A DNA stretch of 61,996 bases, the filler included, from Limisphaerales bacterium (GTDB lineage Bacteria; Verrucomicrobiota; Verrucomicrobiia; Limisphaerales; SIBE01): NCBI GenBank assembly GCA_044225505.1. It is 4 parts of 4 records of this genome, joined end to end, with 100 filler letters (N's around TTAATTAATTAA, not from the genome) between each part and the next. Parts side by side here need not be neighbours in the genome. Positions count along the whole stretch, not along the records: positions 1 to 27,626 come from JBGAIN010000108.1; 3 more parts are not named here. The stretch is one strand, 5' to 3'. Both the position numbers and the translations under genes were made by a program. The notes under the pieces are model-generated. The model was not told the origin of the DNA. It saw nothing but the letters and a program-made list of their open reading frames with translations, and searched no databases. Of the stretch, positions 10,501-18,581 are shown piece by piece; the first letter of the stretch is position 1; each line of letters opens with the position of its first letter.

Positions 10501-11269
10501 CATTACGGTAAAAAACATCTACCTCCCCTAACTCAACGAGTGTGACCCCGGCAGGAGGTTGGGTGATCAGAGCCAACCATCGGTCCGCCGGTTTGACTAC
10601 AGGCTTCCCTCCGATGACCTTTACTTCTCGGGTTTCGCCAACTGGGTGATCGTGCCACGTCGTCGTTCGGTAATTCGTGACATAAAGATCAAGGTCTCCG
10701 TCGCCATCGGCATCCGCTAGAGCTAAGGAATGGCTGCCTCCAATTCGCGATAAGCCCGAGTTAAGGCGTTCGCTAAATGCTCCCCACCCCTGGTTAATGA
10801 ACAGACGGGTTCCAACCCCCAGTCCGTTAACGAGCAGATCCAAATCTCCATCCCCGTCGACGTCTGCAAATGCGACTCCTGTCGACAGTTGTCCGGCGCA
10901 AGCAACGCCCGCCTGAATAGTGATGTCTTCAAATTTCCAGTCGCCTAGGTTCCGATAAAGGTGGTTTGCCTCTTCCAAGCCCGCGAGGTAGATATCACAC
11001 TGACCATCACCGTCGACATCTCCCAAAGCGACGCCGGAACCGTTCTCCACAATACGGTTAAGGGCAACGGTGGCTTCGGAGACGCGATTGGTGAAGTAGA
11101 CTCCTGTCAGTTCCGGTCCCAGGCGCGTGAAGCCGGTGTGCCCGGAGCCGACGGGCGTCAGATCGATTGATCGGTTTCCCGCGCCGGAACTCCACGTTTT
11201 TTCGGCTCCGCGCAGGCACACTCCGACCAAGCAGACGCCTATCAAAGCCGTCGTGAAACCAACTCGCAT
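7571..11269 (-). CDS. FG-GAP/VCBS repeat protein with ASPIC/UnbV domains (CRTAC1-like)
   Basis: Many 'DxDGDGDLDL' Ca-binding propeller repeats; ASPIC-like segments ('GIGSRV...GGRYLAG', 'EVRSGSGYWSQDS'); signal peptide. Confidence 0.92.
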   Translation of the reverse strand: MRVGFTTALIGVCLVGVCLRGAEKTWSSGAGNRSIDLTPVGSGHTGFTRLGPELTGVYFTNRVSEATVALNRIVENGSGVALGDVDGDGQCDIYLAGLEEANHLYRNLGDWKFEDITIQAGVACAGQLSTGVAFADVDGDGDLDLLVNGLGVGTRLFINQGWGAFSERLNSGLSRIGGSHSLALADADGDGDLDLYVTNYRTTTWHDHPVGETREVKVIGGKPVVKPADRWLALITQPPAGVTLVELGEVDVFYRNDGTGHFTAIEWTDGTFQDADGRALTGPPRDWGLTVLFRDLTCDGFPDLYVCNDFYYSRDRLWINDGQGQFRAIAPQRLRSMCETSMSADVGDINRDGLDDLLVMDMMPRSHLTRQTRWENVWKQVVPAPFEDPLFSPEYPRNMLFVNRGDGTWTEIARLAGIEASGWSWSALFLDVDLDGYEDVLVTTGNGRDMLHSDVVRATGPVPAGVNVQSRLRFSQKYPGMPLANLAYRNRGDLTFSETGSAWGFDTMGVSHGMALGDLDNDGDLDVVVNQYRDAAGVYRNDSAAPRIAVQLRGQPPNTYGIGSRVVLRGGPVPQSVEVVAGGRYLAGDGATRTFAAGMNAANLQLEVTWRSGLTSLVAHAAANTLYEVTEPKSGTEARPLPRTKVETLPEQSLFEDLTSWLEGHRHSDTGTRDFERQPLLPRKLSQPGPSVAWFDLNADGWEDLVVGAGRGGAFTVLVNQNGRKFTSVSAGTLDCAQGDVLGWMSQPQRPMLLAAYSQDQTPGIKEKLPPVRFYEPTGGGAGTIVPNFPDEPGAMVLGDYDGDGDLDLFVGGRLIPGRYPQAASSRLYRNDQGTFTEDLAATPIFAGIGLINGATFSDLNGDGYPDLVLACEWGPVRVFGNVRGRFVERTRELGLGEETGWWQGVTTADLNNDGQLDLIASNWGRNSECVPLPGRPVTLWAGDLDGNGTIEILETEWDEARGDWAPRRNLDTMAAAMPWLRGTFASCEAFGRATLSEIFGGRMTNTLRYTVTTADSSVFIAKGGRFERHSLPIQAQFSPAFGVVAGDFDGDGREDLFLAQNFFPVASDRSRQDAGVGLLLLGNGQGDFRALSPMESGIRIYGEGRGCAVADFDGDGRLDLAVGQNRGQTRLFRNRGARPALRVHLTGGGGNPDVIGTQLAPKGSEQARGLLREVRSGSGYWSQDSSTVLLPAEAPVRQLWVRWPRGRQVAVSIPEAKEVRLNGLGQVTVVR

Positions 11270-11310
11270 GCGGGCCCGGTGCGTGATCGCCCCTGTCGCG
11301 CCAAACTTAC

Positions 11311-13167
11311 TTAGTTTGTCAACCGGATGCGATAGTAGCCCAGGGCCGCTCGAATCCGTGTCGAATCGGTATCCGTGAATCGAGTCGTGGTGCCTTGACT
11401 ATCCGTCGTTGTGATCGCCTGCCACGAGTTCTTGGCCAAAGAGGGCGAGTATTCGACGATGTATTTCTTGCCAGCGACACTCGACCAACTCACTTCCACG
11501 CCAGACGCGCTGGTGCGCACGCCTAGAGCGCGCAGACTCGAGCTGGGATCGTTCGGGTTTGTGCCGGCCAAAGCTTCGTTTGCATCCGACTGGCCATCGC
11601 CGTCGGAGTCCTGGTTTGGATTGGCCGTGGTCTCTCGATAGTCCGCTTCGATATAGTCAAACTGAATCCAGGAAGAGCCCGTGCCGCCCGTTCGCTCCAA
11701 CTCGATAATATTTTCTCCAGCCACCGCATGATAGGTGGTTGCTTTGACAACTTCTTCCACCTTCTTCGCGTTGCCCAGCTGCGTTTCTTTGTGGAATTCC
11801 GTGCCGTTAAACCGGAATGCGATGTCGTGCAGACTGGCTCCTCCGGCGCTGCCCAACCCGATCAAATTAAAAGTAAGGAGAAACTCGGAGTTAGTTTTCA
11901 GCTGATCCGCACTCAGATTAAAATGGATGCGGGTAAACGGATTGGAAGGTGTTAGCGCTCTTTCGAAGTAAGTCAAATCTTCGGCGTTGGATACAGCGCC
12001 GATTGGATCCGGATACACTCCCGCGAAATAGTAGTCGTCATCCAACGCTTCTGGGCTGCCTGGAGCTTCCGGAGAGCCGCTGACTTCCTGGGTAAACTCA
12101 GCTTGGTTGTTGTCGATCAACCCCAGCAACCAGAGTTGGGTATACGGCACAGGCTTGTCTGCCGCGTTGTTGGGATTCGATCCCAGCTTCACTTCCAGAG
12201 CGTCTGAACTCCCATCACCGTCGGTGTCCGCGACATTGGGATCCGTCTTTGTGACTTTCAATTCATCGCTGTCCGAAAGTCCGTCGCCGTCAGAGTCAGG
12301 ATTGGTTGGCCGGGTAAGGTACTGATTGATTTCTTCGGAGTCGGTCAGCCCATCGCCATCTGTATCTTTAAGGAGCGGATTGGTCAACGTGGTCTTGATC
12401 TCGTCGCCGTCTGGTAAGCCGTCCCCGTCCGTGTCCGCCTTTGACGGGTCGGTCTTGGCCGCATACTCCTCCAAGTTGGTTAATCCATCTCCGTCTTGAT
12501 CCTTTGCGGCATCGTCGCGTTTGTTAGGAAGAAGAAAAGAGGGGTAGAGCTTTTTGGAGGCGTTGGGCAAGCCAGCGCTGTCCGAGTAAGTCGCCGGAAT
12601 TTCCAATCGAACGTAGTCGAATTGGATCCAGCTCGAATCACTTCCGCCCGTCCGTTCAATCTCGACAAGGTTCTCGCCGGCTTTCGCCTCCACCGCGGAG
12701 GCTTTCATGGTTTGCTCAATCAAGAGGTTCGCCGTGATTTCGGTTTGACTAAACAACTCGTGACCATTGAACCGAACTACCACATCATGGGAACTGACAT
12801 CGACGGCGCCCAAACAGCACAGTTGGACGGTCAACTTATAGTCGTTGGTCGCATTGGCCGTCTTGGCATCCAAATTGAAGTGGATTCGGTTCACGAAATC
12901 ACCTGGCGTCAAAGCCCGATCATAATTGGTGAAGGGCTCAGTCGTGGTGACGACTCCAATTTCGGCGTAAGTCCCGGCAAAGTAGAAGTCGTCATCCTGT
13001 TCTTCCGGACTGCCCGGAGGATCATTACTGCCACGTTCTTGGCTGAACTCGCCTTGCCCGCCGTCTTGAATTCCGAGCTCCCAGATGACTTGAGCAGAGG
13101 CGGATCTCGTCCCGAACCAGGTCATAAGCGCAGCCACAAGGATAATCGTTCGAAGCAAAGTTTTCAT
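11311..13167 (-). CDS. Secreted protein: two CBM-like (PL4 domain III-like) modules separated by TSP3-like DxDGDG repeats, plus C-terminal beta-domain
   Basis: Signal peptide; duplicated module 'W.LG..D..Q.EF...WIQFDY'; about 5 'D(T/S)DGDGL.D..E' repeats; C-terminus 'SW...Y...W...YYRIRL'. Confidence 0.75.
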   Translation of the reverse strand: MKTLLRTIILVAALMTWFGTRSASAQVIWELGIQDGGQGEFSQERGSNDPPGSPEEQDDDFYFAGTYAEIGVVTTTEPFTNYDRALTPGDFVNRIHFNLDAKTANATNDYKLTVQLCCLGAVDVSSHDVVVRFNGHELFSQTEITANLLIEQTMKASAVEAKAGENLVEIERTGGSDSSWIQFDYVRLEIPATYSDSAGLPNASKKLYPSFLLPNKRDDAAKDQDGDGLTNLEEYAAKTDPSKADTDGDGLPDGDEIKTTLTNPLLKDTDGDGLTDSEEINQYLTRPTNPDSDGDGLSDSDELKVTKTDPNVADTDGDGSSDALEVKLGSNPNNAADKPVPYTQLWLLGLIDNNQAEFTQEVSGSPEAPGSPEALDDDYYFAGVYPDPIGAVSNAEDLTYFERALTPSNPFTRIHFNLSADQLKTNSEFLLTFNLIGLGSAGGASLHDIAFRFNGTEFHKETQLGNAKKVEEVVKATTYHAVAGENIIELERTGGTGSSWIQFDYIEADYRETTANPNQDSDGDGQSDANEALAGTNPNDPSSSLRALGVRTSASGVEVSWSSVAGKKYIVEYSPSLAKNSWQAITTTDSQGTTTRFTDTDSTRIRAALGYYRIRLTN

Positions 13168-13338
13168 AATGCTTAAGACATCTACAACCGGAGTATCGAT
13201 TCTTTCTAATCCCGTTCGGACACCAATGGCAAGCGATTCTTTTCCGGGCAGCGTTCGTCAACCGAGTGGACGACCTGGACTCGAATGGACTCGATGCCTG
13301 GTTTCCACAAACTATTGGTAGAAAACAGTTTTACCAGT

Positions 13339-13355
13339 GTCCGCAAATTGCGGAC
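13339..13355. promoter_or_regulatory. Palindromic candidate operator GTCCGCAA-A-TTGCGGAC
   Basis: Perfect 8-bp inverted repeat with 1-bp spacer about 170 bp upstream of the 13167 start. Confidence 0.35.
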
Positions 13356-13488
13356 GGCCTGCATGGATGCCGCCACATGGCAATCCAGGGTATGCTACGT
13401 CGCCAGCCTTCGTCGCCCTGCGTTGAGACCTTCTCCACGTGGAGCAGCGTGATCTCTCATTGCTTGAACGACAATCGTTGATGAGCCG

Positions 13489-15804
13489 TCATTTCAGCGT
13501 GGGCGTCGTATGTGGCAGGATGCTTTTCAGGAACTGCCTGGCCTGCTCGTTTTCTGGATCCAACTTCAGAGTCTCTTGAAACTGACCAGCAGCCGCATCA
13601 AATCGTTCCAATTTGGCGAGTGCAAATCCCAGGTTGAGATGCGCCAGCGCGTATTCCGGGCGTTGTGCCACAACTGTTTCGAACTCAGTTCGAGCCTCCT
13701 CAAATTGATGTTCAAGAATTAATTGTAAGCCGAGAAGGTAGCGTGCTTCCCACGAGGTCGGACGCAAACCGATCGCGCTGCGCAAGCTTGTGATCGCATC
13801 GGCGCGGCGCCCAAGCTGGACCAAAATTCGCGCCCGCACCAGATGCGTAGCGTCATCCTTTGGATGAAGCTTTTCGAGATGCGCCAGGTGATCAAAAGCC
13901 TCTGCGAATCTTTCTTGCGCAGCACACACCCGGGCAAGCTCCAAGCGGGCGTCCGTAAGATCAGGCCTGCGTTCCGAGGCCTGCTCCAAGGCTGCACGAG
14001 CCTCATCGTAACGTTTTTGTCTGACCAGTAGTCGTCCCAACTGCAGATAGGCGCTATGGTGGTAAGGAAGCAACTCTATCGTTGTGCGCATTTGAACGGT
14101 TGCTGACGCCCAATCGCCGCTCGAACTGAGAAACTCGGCGTAAGATTGCCGAAGCCACGGATCGTCCGGTCGCCGCCGAAGCGCATCATCCAATTGGGGT
14201 CGCGCTTGCCCATGGCCTTCTGAGGTCAGTCCGAGTCTCAGATCCGCCAACTCTTGAGATAAACGACGGCGGTGAACGACATGATTTGCTTGATGCACGA
14301 ACGGTGGTTCGGAGATGCGCTGAATCATTTCTTCCAATGCCGCGATTCGGTTCCATGCCGTGAGACCAAGCCGTTGTGCACACAGCTCTGAGGACGCCCA
14401 CTCGGCAGTGTTGTTCCCCGTCCACTCGGGCGTCAGTGCGCGCGTGATCTTCTCGGCAAAGGCTCGCGCCAACCAATAGTTCGCTTCAAACTTGAGATGC
14501 ACATGCTCGTAGAAAAACTCAGCGCCCGGCACATTGTCAGCCACCATGGCCGCGAGGATTTGCTCTCCATCGATGCACAGGACCTCTTTTTGCGCCCAGC
14601 GCTGCCCTGCATTCTGAATCAGACGATTGATCGTTGAGTCGGCACGGAACGGGAGTGAATCGAAGTCTCGTGCTATAACATACCCGCTCTTTCCCTCGGT
14701 GGAATGCCCGCTCTGCATATTACATCGAGCGAGTCGAAAGTGCGCTTCGGCAAAACGAGGGCTCTGTCCGATCAACTCGGCGAAACGTGCCGATGCCTCA
14801 GTCCCATGGCCACTCTGTTCCAGCTCTGTTGCCGCTTGAAATTGGTGTTGCCACGCCTCCGCTCGTTCGGGAGTTAACACAGGGTTGTGGAGCGATCCGA
14901 AAGGGGCGCAATCCCGAAGATTGCTAGCCACCGTGCTTAGGAAAACATGGACCTTGGCTCGTTGAGCGGCTTGAAGAATAGCGTCCAGATTCTGTTGAAA
15001 ATTGGCATAAACCCGTTGCTTACGGGGATCTTCTGGTGGCAGTTGATTGGACTCGAACATCTTTAAGCCCTCCCAAGCGGAAGGGGCGGCTGCAGGGGAC
15101 ACAGTCCGTAAGATCGAGGCCATCAGCTGACCGGTCCGCGTTTCCTGGAGCCTTAAATAGGCTCGCACTGCAGCGACCGGCGGAGCCTGGGCGCCAAAGA
15201 TTGTGTTCGCTCCAAACGGTCCGGCCATTTCGTTGTTGCCCATGTATACCACCCACGCCTGGGCTGGATACTGTGTGCACTCCTCGGCGATTTTCCGCAC
15301 GGCATGCGAGTTGATTGCGGTCATCGCCGTACTCACAACTTCGAACTTCTTCCCTGGAAAACGCTCGTTCAGTAGGGTCTCGATCAGACGTCCCATGCCG
15401 AACGCCGGACGGGGATCCCCCATCGCCGCTGACTCGCCGAACAAGATGATACGAAAGACATTCGATGCGGGTTTGACAGTAGTGATAAGAGGCAGCGGGC
15501 TCCTGGCTAGACCGGGCGGAAAATAGCTCAGTCCGAAGGAAGGGTTGGAAATCAGAACGTTCGTCCCCTTAATTTCCTGGCGCAGGAAGAACGCGGTTGG
15601 ATGACCAAATCGAGCAGTGCGCAGACCTATTTCTAATACTAAGAGCACCACGCATGGGGCGGCGAAGAGTGCGGTGAGCCGGTAAATCCATAGCCTGCGC
15701 CCACTGGCTCCAGAGAGAACAGCTTCCATCGCCCTGGGTCCGATCCCGTTCGTTTCGCTTGATTGTTTGCGCAAAGCGCTTTTTTGGATTGAGCGTCGTC
15801 GCAC
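13489..15804 (-). CDS. Membrane-anchored TPR protein with SGNH/GDSL-like domain
   Basis: N-terminal TM helix, 'ILFGESAAMG', 'YMGNNE', 'FYEHVH' SGNH-like blocks, multiple C-terminal TPRs; start may be ATG 15729. Confidence 0.82.
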   Translation of the reverse strand: MRRRSIQKSALRKQSSETNGIGPRAMEAVLSGASGRRLWIYRLTALFAAPCVVLLVLEIGLRTARFGHPTAFFLRQEIKGTNVLISNPSFGLSYFPPGLARSPLPLITTVKPASNVFRIILFGESAAMGDPRPAFGMGRLIETLLNERFPGKKFEVVSTAMTAINSHAVRKIAEECTQYPAQAWVVYMGNNEMAGPFGANTIFGAQAPPVAAVRAYLRLQETRTGQLMASILRTVSPAAAPSAWEGLKMFESNQLPPEDPRKQRVYANFQQNLDAILQAAQRAKVHVFLSTVASNLRDCAPFGSLHNPVLTPERAEAWQHQFQAATELEQSGHGTEASARFAELIGQSPRFAEAHFRLARCNMQSGHSTEGKSGYVIARDFDSLPFRADSTINRLIQNAGQRWAQKEVLCIDGEQILAAMVADNVPGAEFFYEHVHLKFEANYWLARAFAEKITRALTPEWTGNNTAEWASSELCAQRLGLTAWNRIAALEEMIQRISEPPFVHQANHVVHRRRLSQELADLRLGLTSEGHGQARPQLDDALRRRPDDPWLRQSYAEFLSSSGDWASATVQMRTTIELLPYHHSAYLQLGRLLVRQKRYDEARAALEQASERRPDLTDARLELARVCAAQERFAEAFDHLAHLEKLHPKDDATHLVRARILVQLGRRADAITSLRSAIGLRPTSWEARYLLGLQLILEHQFEEARTEFETVVAQRPEYALAHLNLGFALAKLERFDAAAGQFQETLKLDPENEQARQFLKSILPHTTPTLK

Positions 15805-15830
15805 AATGCGAATCCAGCGAAGGCTAGGAC

Positions 15831-15863
15831 AAAAAGCGAGGCCGAACTTCCGTCCGGCCTCGC
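15831..15863 (-). terminator. Rho-independent terminator
   Basis: GCGAGGCCG/CGGCCTCGC 9-bp stem followed by T5 on the minus strand, about 40 bp after the stop at 15904. Confidence 0.8.
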
Positions 15864-15903
15864 AGGTTTGAGTTGGGAAACTCCGCTTCTGGGTAGTCTA
15901 TTA

Positions 15904-18348
15904 CTACTTCTTACTCTTGTAGAAGAGTGCTCCAGGAGCAGCCGTAACAGAATAGGGACTCGTCGCCCCGGCCACGTCGGCCCACGGCCCGGTCACCGCC
16001 GGTGCGGACTGCAATGTCCCTGTATAGGTGATTTGCAGTCCCGAGCTCGTTCGGGCTGCCGCCACGGTTGGCACTGTGGGCGTCACTGGGAACGTATCGC
16101 CATAGTCACGCATTTTCGCCAGCCAAACACCGCGTTGGGTTTCGTCGGATATGTTGCCGTTTTCCGGAGAGTACTCCGGGCCAACGAAGACCGTATTCGG
16201 CATCGTCTTCTTGTCTGGGTCCGCGGAGTCGGGCCAAGTGGTGGAGCCGAGCTCTATCCATTTGCTGCCGTCGTCGCTGCGATAGATCGTGAAGGTCTGC
16301 CCGGATCGTTTCAGTCGGCACCACGCGTTGGGATATTGGGGTGTGCCACCGCCACCAGCAGAGGAACTGGGTCCGCCAGTATAAATGCGGCGATTGCCTT
16401 CCCAACTGTTGTTGCCAGCACCGCCAGTAACCGTGAGCACCGGGTTGACATGGATCTTTTGGTACCGACCCGCTTTCCCGTCAAAAGGTGCGGTTCCTGT
16501 GTTTCCTTCGCTTCCACTCCCGAATTGTTCGGTATCGGTAACGCCAAAGTTGGTGACGTCTCGCGCAATGAGACCCGCGCGAGCCCACTGGCTGGAGGCG
16601 TCTTGATATTCGACGCGGACTTTCTTGTCGAAGTCTCCAGTAATTTCCTCATAAACGAAGGTCGCTTCGTCATAGTTATTCCATTCCGTGGCGCCGTCCG
16701 AATAAATGTCGAAGCTGCCATCAGCTCCAGCCACCACGGCGTTTCCGAGGTTATACCGGTCACCGCCCACAACGCCCCATTTCATCTTTGATACCGTGAA
16801 GGGGACAGTAACGGTCGGAAGGGTGCTCCCGCCCTTGTCTTTCACGTTCGAGACTGTGACGGTGTAGCTTTCGCCAACCGTCAGTCCACTGACTTTGAGG
16901 AGCACCGCTGGCGACCCGGGATAAGCCGTCACGCTCGAAATCGTTCCAGCGGAGAGCTTGTAATTGCTAGCAGCGGCGGCCGAAGTTTGATCGTAGGGGA
17001 GACTGAAACTGACACCGACATCGTAAGTTGAGCCGGTCGACGACGGTATGGCCCCCACGCTGCTGACTTTGAATGATTCGCTCCGGAAGGTCGCTTTGGT
17101 ATTGGCGACGATCGTATTTCCCGCTGCTGACGTGTCTTTCACGCCGCTAATCAAGAGCGTGTATTCTGTTCCGGACGTCTGAGTGGAGGTCGTGAGCAAC
17201 ACCGTGAGGAAGTCGTTCGTGCTTAACACAGCACTCGTCACGGTCAGCCCCTGAATCTTATAATTATTTGCATCCTCCGCAGTAGCGGTTGAGACTTCTT
17301 CAGAGAAGGTCGCTTGGACATGGACGAAGTCCGTCGAACCCACCACGGACACGAGTGTAGGCGCAGTCGTATCCGCCTTCACCGTAAGGGTCGCTTCTTG
17401 TGAAGTCACCGTGCTGGTATTTGATACATCACATTTGAATTTCGCGCCGGTGTCTACTGGAGAAACGTTACTCAGAGCCAGGACATTCGCGGTGGCGTCA
17501 GGGATAGCCGTCCCATTCTTGTACCATTGGAAGGTGAAGGGAGGAGTGCCATCAAATCCAACTTGAAAGCTGGCCGAACCGTGCTCGTTTACCGACTGGC
17601 TTTGAGGTTGGCTCGTGATCTTTGCCGCGGTCGCTGCCCCGGCCACCGTCGTGGTGATCGTCAAGCCAGAGATCGCCTGGTCTGCGGAGGCGCCGCCGGT
17701 GCGCGCGCCAAATCCGAACTGACCAGCAACTGGAGTATAGCCAGGCAGGAAAAGATTCGTGTAAATCGTTTCTCCACCCCAGATCAAATTAAGGGTGCCG
17801 TTTTTGTTCAATTGGATCGTTGTTTCTTTAAACTCGGTGCTTGAGAGTGGCAACGGCGTCAATCCGATCTCAACTCCGTTCAAGATGACACTTAGGCCAA
17901 TCACATCCTGCACGTCATTCACCACGCCGTTGTTGTAGAGGTCAAACGAGACCGCCAAACCGCCGCCTCCCATTCCCGGCCCTGTTTCACCGAAAGTTAT
18001 TCCGGTGGTGATATCCGGTCCGAAACAAAAAGCCATGCCGTCCGCACTGCCGCTCAGCAGTAGTTTGAACTTGGCCGTGAAGCTTTCGATCGCTTGTCCG
18101 CTATCCAAATCATCGAGCACCACCGTGCCATTGAGGCCCCCTTGATTTACGGTCAAACTCAAGTGCCCATCCTGAACGACTGGCATCCACGAACTCCCAT
18201 CTGCCAGAGTGCCGGAACCATTAACTGAGTATCCCGTCGTATTGTTAGGGTCCGTCAAAGTGTTGGAAAAGGACCCTGCCATGGCGGTGGCTCCAGAAAG
18301 GAGCGCGATTCCGCCTAAGACCGACCACCTTCGTGATAAGTTTCGCAT
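15904..18348 (-). CDS. Secreted Ser/Thr-rich multidomain protein (lectin-like, Ig-like, SbsA/Big-like and ConA-like domains)
   Basis: Signal peptide from ATG 18348; 'ADGMAFCF...FGFGARTGG' lectin-like; 'ITSQPQS...FQWYKNG...C' Ig; 'ARAGLIAR...RLKRSGQTFT' ConA-like; short C-terminal domain ending 'LFYKSKK'. Confidence 0.75.
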   Translation of the reverse strand: MRNLSRRWSVLGGIALLSGATAMAGSFSNTLTDPNNTTGYSVNGSGTLADGSSWMPVVQDGHLSLTVNQGGLNGTVVLDDLDSGQAIESFTAKFKLLLSGSADGMAFCFGPDITTGITFGETGPGMGGGGLAVSFDLYNNGVVNDVQDVIGLSVILNGVEIGLTPLPLSSTEFKETTIQLNKNGTLNLIWGGETIYTNLFLPGYTPVAGQFGFGARTGGASADQAISGLTITTTVAGAATAAKITSQPQSQSVNEHGSASFQVGFDGTPPFTFQWYKNGTAIPDATANVLALSNVSPVDTGAKFKCDVSNTSTVTSQEATLTVKADTTAPTLVSVVGSTDFVHVQATFSEEVSTATAEDANNYKIQGLTVTSAVLSTNDFLTVLLTTSTQTSGTEYTLLISGVKDTSAAGNTIVANTKATFRSESFKVSSVGAIPSSTGSTYDVGVSFSLPYDQTSAAAASNYKLSAGTISSVTAYPGSPAVLLKVSGLTVGESYTVTVSNVKDKGGSTLPTVTVPFTVSKMKWGVVGGDRYNLGNAVVAGADGSFDIYSDGATEWNNYDEATFVYEEITGDFDKKVRVEYQDASSQWARAGLIARDVTNFGVTDTEQFGSGSEGNTGTAPFDGKAGRYQKIHVNPVLTVTGGAGNNSWEGNRRIYTGGPSSSAGGGGTPQYPNAWCRLKRSGQTFTIYRSDDGSKWIELGSTTWPDSADPDKKTMPNTVFVGPEYSPENGNISDETQRGVWLAKMRDYGDTFPVTPTVPTVAAARTSSGLQITYTGTLQSAPAVTGPWADVAGATSPYSVTAAPGALFYKSKK

Positions 18349-18581
18349 AACGTTCTTTACACCCAATCTGCGACAGGCTTTGCGTGCCGCCCGCAACGCG
18401 TTCACAAGAGATTTTCTTACTCTCCCTGGTCGACGCGTTAGATTTTCTTAATTACTAAGAACAATGAAGTCGAGGAAATAATAACAGCCATGCACCCGCG
18501 TCCGTCACTTAACGCAGCATGACTCGGCCGGCTGCGCCGCTTGATGAGCAAATGGCATGGACCCGGCCGTCGCGTTTCCGA

